64,000 nt of DNA from Rhodospirillaceae bacterium (GTDB lineage Bacteria; Pseudomonadota; Gammaproteobacteria; Steroidobacterales; Rariloculaceae): positions 17,260-81,259 of the forward strand of contig PBDA01000031.1 in the NCBI GenBank assembly GCA_002718345.1, in the 5' to 3' direction. Below the pieces are notes generated by a model. It made no database searches, was not told the DNA's origin, and saw only the letters and a list, made by a program, of their open reading frames with translations. The stretch's first letter is position 1, and each line of letters begins with the position of its first letter. Positions 17,658-28,145 of this stretch are shown in pieces. A program made the position numbers and the translations under genes.

Positions 17658-20600
17658 TTACGCGCGATTCCCTCTAGAAGAATCATAACTGTCAGGCTTG
17701 TCCCACAAACCCAATAACTCATCCCTCAATATTTCAACACTGTGAATAGAAGCGCTTCTTATAGGGCCATAGCCTCTAATACTTTGCGGCAAGTTAGCAA
17801 GTTGTATCGCTAACTGCATGCGCTTAGGAGTGAGTTCATTCACGAAACGCCAAATTAGATCCTCGTAGTCACTAACAAGCTGTTCATTAGCTCGGCGTTC
17901 TGCACTATATTTAAAAGGATCTAAAAATGTGCCACGAAAAAACTTCAAAGTAGCAAGCAATTTAAAAACTGGCAAAACCCAGGCCCCGAATTCATACTTC
18001 CTAGGGCGACCAGTCTCATGGTCAAACTGGGAAAAAATTGGAGGAGATAGATAAAACTTCAACTTTGGCTTACCTTCAAACTCTGCACATGCATCTTTAA
18101 GAAATGGTGTTTTGGTGTAAAGCCTAGCAACTTCGTATTCGTCCTTATAAGCAAGAAGCTTAAAATAATTACGAGCTACAGCGCTTGCTAGCATGGTCGC
18201 TCCTGATTGAACCCCCTCTTCTACCTTCTTAACCCGCTCAACACCCTCTCTATAACGTTCTGCATACTTAGAATTCTGATACTCAACTAAAAACTTTTCT
18301 CTAATTGAAATAATTTCCCTAAGGTCCCCTGCTATCGGCTCTTTAGTATTAAATGGCTCGGTATGTTTAGAGATAATTTCAGGTTCTATTGCCGCATACC
18401 TACCCCACATAAATGCTGCACTATTTGATTCTATTGCTACCCCATTAATCTCAAGTGCTTTTTCAATAGCGCTTGCAGAGACTGGTAGTAATCCATTTTG
18501 GCTTGCAACTCCTAATAAAAATAAATTAGCTGTAATACTATCTCCAAGCAAAGCTGCTGTTATACCTGAAGCATCACATGCTGATAGTTTTCCTTTCAAA
18601 CAAGTACTGTCAAGAATTGATAACATTGTATCCTTGCCATACTCAATATCCCGATTAGAAATAAACGACGCTGGCATTTCTTCGTGAGAATTAACAACCG
18701 CATTAGTTCGATTTTTTGAAAGCTTTTCTAGTGCGTCATCTCCAGTTGCAACTATCAAATCTGACGCAATCAATAAGTCTGTTGCGCCAAGCGGAATACG
18801 TCCTCCATGTACTTCTTCTTGATTATTCCCAACTCGAATATGAGAGTGGACAGCTCCAAATTTTTGAGCAAGACCAGTTTGGTCTAAAGCCTTTACATGC
18901 CGTCCCTCGATATGAGCAGCCATACCTATGATTGCTCCAGCAGTACTCACACCTGTACCACCTATCCCAGCAATCAAAATATTATACGGAGCTCCTTCTG
19001 TAACTTCTGGGTCTGGAAGTGCAGGCATCTCAGACTTATTAATTGAGCTCTGTTTCGCTTTCCTTTTTTTTATCCCTTCTAGCGAAACAAAACTGGGACA
19101 AAAACCATCTAAGCAACTGAAATCCTTATTACATGCAGACTGATTAATTGTGCGTTTTCGGCCAAATTCTGTTTCTAATTGCACTACTGACAGGCAATTA
19201 GATACCGAATTACAATCACCACAACCTTCACAAACTAATGGGTTAATTGTGACCCATCTCTTAGGATCGTCTACTGTTCCACGCCTACGACGACGCCTAA
19301 GCTCCACTGCACATGTCTGATCATATATCAGCGCAGATACACCAGAGATTTCTCTAAACTTTCGTTGCAGCGAATTAAGATCCTTCCTATGGTGTACTGT
19401 GACACCATGCGGATAATCAGATTGCTTTTGGTACTGATCCGTTTGATTTGTAACTACAGCCGCCCTACTAACTCCCTCAGCAATAAGTTGCTGCGCAATC
19501 TGCATTGCACTAAATCCACCTTCTGCCGGCTGACCACCTGTCATTGCTACAGCATCATTGTGTAATATTTTATAAGTAATATTTACCCCTGAAGCAACTG
19601 CTGCACGAATAGCAAGAAGCCCTGAATGTGCATAAGTACCATCTCCAAGATTCTGAAATACATGCTCTGTATCTGTGAATGGCGCTTGCCCTAGCCAACT
19701 TGCTCCTTCACAACCCATCTGTGTAAAACCAGATGTATTACGATCCATCCAAGTAGCCATAAAATGGCAGCCTATACCTGCAATAGCTCTACTTCCTTCG
19801 GGTACTCGAGTAGAAGTGTTATGGGGACAACCAGAGCAAAAATGTGGCAATCTTTTTTCTGAAGATTGACCAGAGAGAATCAAATTATGATGCTCCTCTA
19901 TTGCCCGAAGACGATCTTGCACATCTGGCGCTATGTTTAGAATAGATAAACGCTTAGCAATTACCTGAGCAATCTCCAAAAGTGTTAACTCCCCCGCGCT
20001 TGGAAGCAACATCTTGCCAACCTCATCAAACTTGCCAACTACCTTAGGCCTAGATTTTGCTCTCCAGTTGTATAACTGTTCTTTAAGTTGGCTTTCAATA
20101 ACCGGGCGCTTTTCTTCAATAACAAGGACCTCATCTACATTCTCACAAAACCGTTGAATGCCCTCAGGCTCCAAAGGCCAGCTCATACCCACTTTGTACA
20201 GAGTGATTCCGAGTAAGCGCGCACGTTCCTGATCTATTCCGAGTTGAGCCAATGCCTCAACAACATCAAGGTAAGCTTTGCCAGTAGACACTATTCCAAA
20301 CTGAGAATTAGGACTATCGATCGTCACTTGGTCTATGCTGTTACATCGAGAAAAAGCTAGCGCTGCAAAAATTTTATAGTGTAAAAGCCGTTCTTCTTGC
20401 TCATTGGGTGAATCTGGCCAGCGAATATGCACCCCTTCTTGGGGCATAACAAATTCTGGCTGAATTAATTCAGCCATTGAAGGTATAAGTACAGTCTGCA
20501 AAGAATCAGCATTTTCAGCCGTCATCTTTAATGCAATCCAACACCCGCTATAACGAGAAAGTGCATAACCCAGTAAACCCAATTTGAGGATATCCTGAAC

Positions 20601-21167
20601 ATTTGTTGGGTTTAAAAGGGGAATTGAAGCATCAATAAAACCATACTCACTTTGTCCTGGAAGAGTTGATGATTTACACCCATGGTCATCACCAGCTATG
20701 GCTAAAACTCCCCCATTTGGTGAAGTCCCTGCATAATTAGCATGTTTGAATGCATCTCCAGAACGATCTACACCCGGAGTTTTTCCATACCAAAGTCCAA
20801 AAACACCATCGTAACGCGCACCTGGAAACAATTTTAATTGTTGAGAACCCCAGATAGATGTTGCTGCTATTTCCTCATTCACAGCTGGTTGAAAATGAAT
20901 TGGAACAGGATCAAGAAAACTTCGTGCTCTCCACAATTCTCGGTCTAATCCTCCTAAAGGCGAACCACGATATCCCGATACAAATCCTGCGGTTCTTAAA
21001 CCAGCCTCTCGATCTCTCTGAGCCTGCATCAAAAGCAAACGCACAAGAGCCTGCACTCCATTCAGATAAATACTATCTGATTCCAACTTATATCGATCAT
21101 CCAGCCCACTCACTTCCCGAGGGTGATACGCTTTCGTAACATTATTATTCACTAATTCTTTACCCAC
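17658..21167 (-). CDS. Indolepyruvate ferredoxin oxidoreductase family protein (fused alpha/beta)
   Basis: 1169 aa. It has an N-terminal TPP/pyrimidine-binding region, a ferredoxin-like Cys cluster (CEGCGDCNSVSNC) and a C-terminal IorB-like domain with GIGGTGV. Confidence 0.9.
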   Translation of the reverse strand: MGKELVNNNVTKAYHPREVSGLDDRYKLESDSIYLNGVQALVRLLLMQAQRDREAGLRTAGFVSGYRGSPLGGLDRELWRARSFLDPVPIHFQPAVNEEIAATSIWGSQQLKLFPGARYDGVFGLWYGKTPGVDRSGDAFKHANYAGTSPNGGVLAIAGDDHGCKSSTLPGQSEYGFIDASIPLLNPTNVQDILKLGLLGYALSRYSGCWIALKMTAENADSLQTVLIPSMAELIQPEFVMPQEGVHIRWPDSPNEQEERLLHYKIFAALAFSRCNSIDQVTIDSPNSQFGIVSTGKAYLDVVEALAQLGIDQERARLLGITLYKVGMSWPLEPEGIQRFCENVDEVLVIEEKRPVIESQLKEQLYNWRAKSRPKVVGKFDEVGKMLLPSAGELTLLEIAQVIAKRLSILNIAPDVQDRLRAIEEHHNLILSGQSSEKRLPHFCSGCPHNTSTRVPEGSRAIAGIGCHFMATWMDRNTSGFTQMGCEGASWLGQAPFTDTEHVFQNLGDGTYAHSGLLAIRAAVASGVNITYKILHNDAVAMTGGQPAEGGFSAMQIAQQLIAEGVSRAAVVTNQTDQYQKQSDYPHGVTVHHRKDLNSLQRKFREISGVSALIYDQTCAVELRRRRRRGTVDDPKRWVTINPLVCEGCGDCNSVSNCLSVVQLETEFGRKRTINQSACNKDFSCLDGFCPSFVSLEGIKKRKAKQSSINKSEMPALPDPEVTEGAPYNILIAGIGGTGVSTAGAIIGMAAHIEGRHVKALDQTGLAQKFGAVHSHIRVGNNQEEVHGGRIPLGATDLLIASDLIVATGDDALEKLSKNRTNAVVNSHEEMPASFISNRDIEYGKDTMLSILDSTCLKGKLSACDASGITAALLGDSITANLFLLGVASQNGLLPVSASAIEKALEINGVAIESNSAAFMWGRYAAIEPEIISKHTEPFNTKEPIAGDLREIISIREKFLVEYQNSKYAERYREGVERVKKVEEGVQSGATMLASAVARNYFKLLAYKDEYEVARLYTKTPFLKDACAEFEGKPKLKFYLSPPIFSQFDHETGRPRKYEFGAWVLPVFKLLATLKFFRGTFLDPFKYSAERRANEQLVSDYEDLIWRFVNELTPKRMQLAIQLANLPQSIRGYGPIRSASIHSVEILRDELLGLWDKPDSYDSSRGNRA

Positions 21168-21235
21168 CTCATATTACCAAGGACCATACGAGTCCCTATC
21201 TCCTTTAAAGTGCTTTGCAAATTTATTTGAAAAAA

Positions 21236-22225
21236 TTATGGCTCAGGGTAATCCTCGAGAATTTTTAAGTAATCCATGTGATCAATATTAGCACCGCTTA
21301 GAATAATCGCGACGGTATCAAAACTCTTCATCCTGCCCTCAAGCACTGTGGCCAATGCAACTGCCCCTGAAGGTTCTAAAACAAGCTTTAAATATCTTGC
21401 AGCAAATGCTACTGCATGAGCAGCTTGTTCATCTGTAACTGTATAACCCCCAGCAAGAGCTTTTCTATTTATCTCAAAAGTTAATACGCCTGGCGTAGGA
21501 GACATCAATGCATCGCAAATAGTTGAGGGATGACCACGTACTAAAAGTCGTTCATTTGCTTTGAGTGAACGCTTTGTATCATCGTAAGCCTCTGGTTCAA
21601 CTGAAAATATCTGACATTCTTTAAAAACAGTTTTAATACTCAGTGAACAACCAGCAATAAGTCCGCCACCGCCACAGGGGCAACATAGGGCATCTAATTT
21701 TAATCCTGCAGCTTGTGCATATTGTGCTGTCTCTAGACCAACTGTCCCCTGACCAGAGATAATATCGGAGTGATCAAATGATGGTATAACCACACTACCC
21801 GTTTTCTGTGAAATTTTTTTAGCTATATCCTCTCTGTCCTCTTTAAAACGATCATAGAGAATTACCTTTGCGCCAAGAATACGCGTATTATTTTGTTTGA
21901 TTTGCGGAGAATCTTTAGGCATAACTATCGTCGCCTTTATCCCCAACCACTTTGCTGCCATAGCAACACCTTGCGCATGGTTACCTGATGAAAATGCCAC
22001 AACCCCTAGACTAAGTTGTTGTTGGCTGAGCTGGAGTAATCGATTAAGTGCACCACGAATTTTAAATGTACCTGTGTACTGAAGAGACTCTGCTTTTATT
22101 AAAACACGAGAATTAGCACGTTCATTCAATATTTCAGACTCAAGCACAGGTGTTGGAATTAACCATTTCTTAAGACGCATATGAGCCTTAGCGATATCAT
22201 TTGATACTGGTAATTTCTCAATCAT
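21236..22225 (-). CDS. PLP-dependent threonine/serine dehydratase family protein (serine racemase / hydroxyaspartate dehydratase-like)
   Basis: 329 aa with the PLP-lysine motif TGTFKIRGA, SSGNHAQG and the GGGGL loop. There is no C-terminal ACT regulatory domain. Confidence 0.85.
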   Translation of the reverse strand: MIEKLPVSNDIAKAHMRLKKWLIPTPVLESEILNERANSRVLIKAESLQYTGTFKIRGALNRLLQLSQQQLSLGVVAFSSGNHAQGVAMAAKWLGIKATIVMPKDSPQIKQNNTRILGAKVILYDRFKEDREDIAKKISQKTGSVVIPSFDHSDIISGQGTVGLETAQYAQAAGLKLDALCCPCGGGGLIAGCSLSIKTVFKECQIFSVEPEAYDDTKRSLKANERLLVRGHPSTICDALMSPTPGVLTFEINRKALAGGYTVTDEQAAHAVAFAARYLKLVLEPSGAVALATVLEGRMKSFDTVAIILSGANIDHMDYLKILEDYPEP

Positions 22226-22271
22226 TATTTTCTAGCTTGCCAGTCACACATGCCAACACTATAGTAGACAA

Positions 22272-22444
22272 TGACGGTACCCTTATGGGGTTTGAAAGGG
22301 AACACGGTGCGACAATTAATTATCAATACCGTGGCTGTGCCCGCAACTGTAAGCGGCTAGTTTATCTTCAGTTTTGCCACTGGGTTTTGTCCTGGGAAGG
22401 TCAGGAGGTAGATGGTGAGCCGTGAGCCAGGAGACCTGCCGTCA
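22272..22444 (+). promoter_or_regulatory. Cobalamin (B12) riboswitch aptamer
   Basis: Conserved core elements read directly from the sequence are GAAAGGGAACACGGTG, GTGCCCGCAACTGTAAGCGG, GCCACTGGG...CCTGGGAAGG and the B12 box AGCCAGGAGACCTGCC. The closing P1 helix is TGACGG (22272-22277) paired with CCGTCA (22439-22444). It lies about 155 nt upstream of a B12-type uptake operon. Confidence 0.9.
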
Positions 22445-22598
22445 CGTCGTCCATCCGAAGGCGGGTTACCTTAACGGAGCGGCTTTGCCGCAGCGGCGAC
22501 ACTGTCAGTGCGTATCTCTAAAGCACACACTTTGTCATAACTGTGTGAGAAGCAAAGATACCACTGTGATGTGTTTAAGTCTGCAATCAGGGTAAGGC

Positions 22599-23483
22599 AT
22601 GCCGGTGAACGGGAAATTTATTTCTATCTCTTTTAGATCGCTTTCAATCTATTTCAGGGGACTTCTTCTATTTTTAGTGCCGACAATTTCACTTGCATCT
22701 GAGCTACCAAAGAGAATTGTTTCCATTAACGTATGTGCTGATCAACTAGTTGCAACACTTGTTGAGCAAGAACGAATTATCTCTCTGTCGTACCTATCTC
22801 GAGATCCCAATTCTTCATGGCTTGGATCTTTAACAGAAAAAATACATATTAATCATGGAACTGCTGAAGAAATTATTTCACTAAACCCAGACCTGGTTGT
22901 TACGGGAGCCTTCGGTTTTCGCCCCACAGTATCAATACTAAAAAGACTTGGCTATAGAGTTCTAGAGTTACCATTCGCAAAAACGATTGACGATATTTCA
23001 ACAAATCTAAATTTGCTAACAAACGCTGTCGGCAATAATAAAAAAACAAATGCGCTAATAGATAGGTTTTATGAGGAAACAAAAAAAGTACCAATCAGTA
23101 CAACGGAAGTACTGCCACTTTTCGTTAATTACGAAACTAATGGCTGGATATCACGCGATGATTCTCTGCCTAACCACATAGCTCAAAGAGTTGGTTTTAA
23201 TACCATAGGCAGACAATACGAAGTGCTGACAAGCCACAAGATAGATCTTGAAGCACTTTTAATTCTAGGTCCTGATTTGATTAATATAGGGTATCAATGG
23301 AATGAGTCCCCAGCTCTGGTTTCAGAGTATATGCAACATCCAGCTCTTGAAGAATTACTAAGACGCACAAAACAAATTAATGTGCCAGACCCATACTGGC
23401 TTTGCGGTTCTCTAAAGACACAAGATGCAATTCTGATTCTGAAACAAGCGCGCGAGGAACTTTTTTCAAATAGAAAAAATTAA
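22599..23483 (+). CDS. btuF: ABC transporter periplasmic substrate-binding protein (BtuF/FecB cluster A type)
   Basis: 294 aa with a signal peptide. It shows the cluster A binding-protein pattern (RIVSINVCADQLV, NPDLVV) and is the first gene after the cobalamin riboswitch. Confidence 0.8.
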   Translation: MPVNGKFISISFRSLSIYFRGLLLFLVPTISLASELPKRIVSINVCADQLVATLVEQERIISLSYLSRDPNSSWLGSLTEKIHINHGTAEEIISLNPDLVVTGAFGFRPTVSILKRLGYRVLELPFAKTIDDISTNLNLLTNAVGNNKKTNALIDRFYEETKKVPISTTEVLPLFVNYETNGWISRDDSLPNHIAQRVGFNTIGRQYEVLTSHKIDLEALLILGPDLINIGYQWNESPALVSEYMQHPALEELLRRTKQINVPDPYWLCGSLKTQDAILILKQAREELFSNRKN

Positions 23484-23488
23484 ATTGA

Positions 23489-24490
23489 ATGAATCAAACC
23501 AAGTCTTTGCTGCCGCTAATGATTATTCTTAGTCTAGTAACTTTGACTCTATTCCTAATTTCTTTACTAGTTGGAAGTATGGGGATTGGGCTCCCTAGCG
23601 CACACACAACACTAAACAAAGTCGATCCCAAAATTTATTCATTAATACTTCAAGAAATAAGGCTTCCACGAGCGATTTTAGGATTTACCATTGGTGCATC
23701 ACTAGGTTTAGCAGGCGCCACACTGCAAGGGTATTTGCGTAACCCCCTAGCAGAGCCAGGGGTAATGGGTGTCTCAATGGCAGCTGCTTTGGGTGCGGTT
23801 ATTGCGATCTATACAGGAATTTCCTTAATCATTCCTATGGCGCTACCACTTATGGCGATCAGCGGTTCACTGATTGTCATATTTCTATTGCAATTGATAG
23901 CAGGTTCCGGTGGAACAGCCACTTTAATTCTAGCTGGCGTGGCAATTTCCAGTCTCTGTGGAGCGCTTACGTCCCTTGTACTTAATTTATCTGAAAATCC
24001 ATTTGCCTCTCTGGAGATTGTTTTTTGGTTGCTAGGATCTATTACAGACAGAAGTATGGCTCATGTGTGGTTATCTGGGCCCTTTGTCGCTATAGGCTGG
24101 TTACTTTTAGTTGCTAGCGCTCGCGATCTAGACGCATTAACTCTGGGTGAAGAGACAGCTGTAAGCCTCGGTGTTAATTTATCCCGAACACGCTTACTCG
24201 TTATCTCGGGCACAGCTTTCAGTGTTGGAGCATGCACTGCAGTGGCGGGCGTAATTGGTTTTGTTGGTTTGATAGTTCCACACTTAATGCGTCCTTTAGT
24301 TGGCTATCAACCAAGTCGTCTATTGCCGACAAGCGCATTAGCTGGAGCATCTCTTCTTCTTTGTGCAGATATCATGGTCAGACTTCTTAGTTTTAGTACA
24401 GAGCTAAAACTTGGTGTTGTAACTGCATTGATTGGAGGACCATTTTTCCTATTTTTAATTCTCAAACTCAGACAAAAAAGTATGACATGA
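23489..24490 (+). CDS. btuC: FecCD-family ABC permease (vitamin B12 import type)
   Basis: 333 aa, polytopic membrane protein. It has FecCD signatures (LPRAILGFTIGASLGLAGATLQG, GVVTALIGGPFFLFLI). Confidence 0.88.
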   Translation: MNQTKSLLPLMIILSLVTLTLFLISLLVGSMGIGLPSAHTTLNKVDPKIYSLILQEIRLPRAILGFTIGASLGLAGATLQGYLRNPLAEPGVMGVSMAAALGAVIAIYTGISLIIPMALPLMAISGSLIVIFLLQLIAGSGGTATLILAGVAISSLCGALTSLVLNLSENPFASLEIVFWLLGSITDRSMAHVWLSGPFVAIGWLLLVASARDLDALTLGEETAVSLGVNLSRTRLLVISGTAFSVGACTAVAGVIGFVGLIVPHLMRPLVGYQPSRLLPTSALAGASLLLCADIMVRLLSFSTELKLGVVTALIGGPFFLFLILKLRQKSMT

Positions 24491-25272
24491 AGCTTGAACT
24501 ATCCAAAGTAACAATTGAAGTTCGGCATCAAAAGGTAGTCAATGAACTATCGCTATCACTTAGGCAAGGAGAATTAGTTGGCTTAATTGGACCAAATGGA
24601 GCAGGAAAAACAACTCTTCTAAAAGCCATTATTGGTGCAAAGAAAAGGAAAAGTGGAGAAATAAGCCTTGATGGCACTTCTCTCTCGAATTTATCTAAAA
24701 TTGAACGCGCCAAAATCATATCCTATCTGTCTCAAGAACGTCATATTGAATTGCAACTGCAGGCAAGAGCCATAGTCATGTTGGGCAGATTCCCTCATCA
24801 ATCAGCCTTTTCCCAACCTTCTATGGATTGTGAGAGAGCTGTTGACCATGCACTTGATTCGGTTAACGCAACTAAATTTGCTACCCGAAACTTAAAGTCT
24901 CTTTCTGGAGGAGAGCGAGCATTAATATTGCTAGCTCGAACATTGGCTGTTGAAGCGCCACTAATGCTAGCAGACGAGCCGATATCAGAGCTTGACCCCT
25001 ATCACCAGATTCATGTGATGGAAATTTTAAAAGCCAAAGCAGCTGAAGGAGTAGGAATACTTGTCGTACTCCATGATCTCACAATGGCTGCACATTTCAT
25101 GGATAGATTAATACTAATAAACCATGGCTCTATTGTTGCAGAAGGTTCTCCTGAAAAGGTTCTCACCCAACGAAACTTAGAGACGGTCTACAAAATATCG
25201 CCAAGAGAAAAAGTTTTTTCTAATAACCCCTCGACTTTTCCGTGGAAAACAATAAGTGAAATCAAATATTAG
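24487..25272 (+). CDS. btuD: ABC transporter ATP-binding protein
   Basis: 261 aa with Walker A GPNGAGKTT, signature LSGGE and Walker B LMLADEP. It overlaps the permease gene by 4 nt. Confidence 0.88.
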   Translation: MKLELSKVTIEVRHQKVVNELSLSLRQGELVGLIGPNGAGKTTLLKAIIGAKKRKSGEISLDGTSLSNLSKIERAKIISYLSQERHIELQLQARAIVMLGRFPHQSAFSQPSMDCERAVDHALDSVNATKFATRNLKSLSGGERALILLARTLAVEAPLMLADEPISELDPYHQIHVMEILKAKAAEGVGILVVLHDLTMAAHFMDRLILINHGSIVAEGSPEKVLTQRNLETVYKISPREKVFSNNPSTFPWKTISEIKY

Positions 25273-27166
25273 AGCACATGCATTCAATTTGTATTGCTTC
25301 ATAGCACTGCCTTATTTATTTTTGATCTTTCAAACTGAAGCGGCATCTCAAACCAACCAAACGTTCAATGAAGAATTGCTTGAAGAAGTAATTGTTGTTT
25401 CTAGTAGGGTTGAGACCCCAATACAAAATGTTGGAACAGCTGTTTCAGTAATTACAGCGGAAGATATACAACTCCATGGTTACCATTCAGTTTCTGAAAT
25501 TTTGAGAACACAACCGGGCATAGGGGTTAGCAATAATGGGGGAATAGGAAAACCTACTGCTCTCAGAATACGAGGAGAAGAAGGATATAGAACATTACTC
25601 ATGATTGATGGCGTTGAATTAGCTGATCCTAGCCGCCCCCAAGGTGGCCCAGCATTTGAACACTTCCTTACTACAAGCGATGTGGAACGTATAGAGATAC
25701 TCCGAGGTCCTCAGGGATTTATTTATGGTGCAGATGCGGGCGGTGTTGTAAATATCCTGACTAGAACAGGTTCTGGACCACTGGGTGGTAGTCTTAACGT
25801 TGGTTATGGTGGATTTGGAACAACAAAGCTTGACGGGAATATTGCTGGAGGTACCAAAAAAACTAATTTCTTTATCTCAGCATCTGACTTCAACTCTGAT
25901 GGTTATAACGCAAAAATCTCTGACACCAAGCTTATGGATAAAGATGGTTATGACAATAAAACTCTACACACAAAGTTTGGCTGGAACCCAACTTCTAATT
26001 TAAATATGCAATTAGTCTCACGAAAAAGTGAAACTATGAATGAATTTGATGGCTGCGGATTTCCAACAACTAATGAATGCTTAGGTGTAATGAATCAGGA
26101 AACATTCAAATTTTCTGGCAAATACAAATCGGAAAGATTTGAGCATTTGCTTGCAATTTCTAATTCTGATGTCGACAGAAGTGATGCTTGGGCAGGATCA
26201 AAATCATTTTCAACAGAAGGACATATGCGTCGTCTAGAATATACAGGCACGTTCGAGATGAATGAACATTTAAATCTGGTCTATGGCATAGATCTTGATA
26301 AGGATAAAGTTCTTAGTAATGAAGGCGAAATATTAGAAAGAACTAATAAAGGAATTTACTTTGAGTATCACGGTGAACTGGCAAACAGATTATATATAAC
26401 AGCTGGCGCAAGAAATGATGATAATGATGATTTTGGCAAACACACGAGTATCCGTGTTACTTCAGCTTATCTTAAAAATTTAAGTGCCGGCAGTGAGCTA
26501 AAATACCGAATCAGCTACGGGACCGGTTTTAGAGCGCCAAGTCTTTATGAAATAGCATACAACACTGGTCCATTTTCTTTCCCACCAGCTTCAAACTTTT
26601 CAATAACCGAAGAGTCAAGCAGTGGTATTGATTTGGGCGTAGAGTATGCAAATGATAATGGGCTTGTATTAGAGGCTACATATTTCGATCAAATAATTAA
26701 GGATGAATTGTTTTTTGACCTTGCTGGATACTCTGGGTATTTGCAATCTACTGGCAATAACAGCTCTAAAGGACTTGAGTTTTTTGCAGAATATTCCATG
26801 AATAGTAAATGGACATTATTTGGCAATCTGACTCTAAACGACACAAAAGATCAACAAGGACTCCAAAGAATACGGAGACCAAAACAGTTAATGAATCTCG
26901 GTCTGAAATTTTCTTCAATGAACAAAAACCTAAATATGCTTATAAATTATCGATCATCTTCTGATGCTATTGATGAGTTATACGGTATAGGACGCATTGG
27001 TCTCGATGATTACGAAGTACTTGATTTCAGCGCTATTTTTAAAATTAACGAAGGCTTAGAAGCATATTGCCATTTAGAAAATATTACTAATAAAAGCTAT
27101 CAAGAAGTAACGGGATTTCGTACTCCTGGTTTTACTGCTCACATGGGAATTCGGCTACGATTCTAG
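25256..27166 (+). CDS. btuB: TonB-dependent outer-membrane receptor (BtuB-like)
   Basis: 636 aa. It has a signal peptide, a TonB-box-like EEVIVVSSR, a plug domain (IEILRGPQGFIYGADAGGVVNI) and a beta-barrel ending in the aromatic terminal residue RLRF. It is in the riboswitch-controlled string. Confidence 0.88.
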   Translation: MKSNIRAHAFNLYCFIALPYLFLIFQTEAASQTNQTFNEELLEEVIVVSSRVETPIQNVGTAVSVITAEDIQLHGYHSVSEILRTQPGIGVSNNGGIGKPTALRIRGEEGYRTLLMIDGVELADPSRPQGGPAFEHFLTTSDVERIEILRGPQGFIYGADAGGVVNILTRTGSGPLGGSLNVGYGGFGTTKLDGNIAGGTKKTNFFISASDFNSDGYNAKISDTKLMDKDGYDNKTLHTKFGWNPTSNLNMQLVSRKSETMNEFDGCGFPTTNECLGVMNQETFKFSGKYKSERFEHLLAISNSDVDRSDAWAGSKSFSTEGHMRRLEYTGTFEMNEHLNLVYGIDLDKDKVLSNEGEILERTNKGIYFEYHGELANRLYITAGARNDDNDDFGKHTSIRVTSAYLKNLSAGSELKYRISYGTGFRAPSLYEIAYNTGPFSFPPASNFSITEESSSGIDLGVEYANDNGLVLEATYFDQIIKDELFFDLAGYSGYLQSTGNNSSKGLEFFAEYSMNSKWTLFGNLTLNDTKDQQGLQRIRRPKQLMNLGLKFSSMNKNLNMLINYRSSSDAIDELYGIGRIGLDDYEVLDFSAIFKINEGLEAYCHLENITNKSYQEVTGFRTPGFTAHMGIRLRF

Positions 27167-27186
27167 ATAAAATGAGCGTATAAGTT

Positions 27187-28104
27187 ATGCAAAACATAAA
27201 CCTTCATCGCTGGCAACACTCACATACATTTGGACAGCAAAATAAGCGCCCGGGTGAAATTCGCACGTTAATAGTTATCGCTATTACAGCTGCAATGATG
27301 GTCGTTGAAATAACGGCTGGCATTGCCTTTGGTTCTATGGCCCTTTTAGCAGATGGGCTACATATGGCTTCACATACAGCAGCGTTAAGCATTAATGCAT
27401 TTGCATATGTTTATGCCAGAAAACATGCTCATAATCAAAGCTTTAGCTTTGGAACAGGGAAAGTAAATACTCTCGGGGGATATACCGGGGCAGTTCTACT
27501 GACGATGTTTGCACTGGTAATGGCGTATGAGAGCATAGAGCGCTTAATCTCACCTGTCCCGATTGCATTTAATCAGGCAATTTTTGTTGCCGTACTAGGT
27601 TTAGTTGTTAACGGCTTGTCTGTATTAATTCTTGGACACCACCACGGCGCGGAAGATGGTCACTCACACCATCATCACCATGACCATAATCTTTGGTCAG
27701 CCTATCTGCATGTTTTAGCTGATGCATTAACATCTCTTTTAGCTATTTTTGCTTTACTTGGCGCAAAATATCTAGGTTTCATCTGGGCAGACCCTATTAT
27801 GGGACTAGTTGGTGCAGCACTAGTTGCACGCTGGTCCTTCGAACTGCTAAAAACTACAGCCAGCATTCTGCTTGACAAAGAAATATCTGATGAAGTTCGA
27901 ATCAAAATCAAAAAGACTTTTGAAGCCCAAGAAGATATAAAAATTTCAGACCTTCACGTTTGGGCTGTGGGACCAAATATTTATTCGGTAATTCTTTCTG
28001 TTGTTGCAAATCAACCTCAAACTCCTGAGTACTACAAAAACCTAGTGCCAGAAGGCTTGGGAATCGTGCATACAACTATAGAAGTTAACAGTTACAAGAA
28101 CTAA
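27187..28104 (+). CDS. Cation diffusion facilitator efflux transporter (DmeF-like Co/Ni/Zn type) with a His-rich loop
   Basis: 305 aa with N-terminal HRWQHSHTF, CDF TM motifs (LLADGLHMASH, HVLADALTS) and the loop GHHHGAEDGHSHHHHHDH. It starts only 20 nt after the btuB-like stop. Confidence 0.85.
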   Translation: MQNINLHRWQHSHTFGQQNKRPGEIRTLIVIAITAAMMVVEITAGIAFGSMALLADGLHMASHTAALSINAFAYVYARKHAHNQSFSFGTGKVNTLGGYTGAVLLTMFALVMAYESIERLISPVPIAFNQAIFVAVLGLVVNGLSVLILGHHHGAEDGHSHHHHHDHNLWSAYLHVLADALTSLLAIFALLGAKYLGFIWADPIMGLVGAALVARWSFELLKTTASILLDKEISDEVRIKIKKTFEAQEDIKISDLHVWAVGPNIYSVILSVVANQPQTPEYYKNLVPEGLGIVHTTIEVNSYKN

Positions 28105-28145
28105 AGAACTCATGAATGACATAGAGACCGCTATAATCCATATCG

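Noticed and set aside
22201-22425. 74-aa plus-strand ORF
   Set aside because: It lies on top of the cobalamin riboswitch aptamer. The conserved RNA motifs explain the sequence and there is no protein signature.
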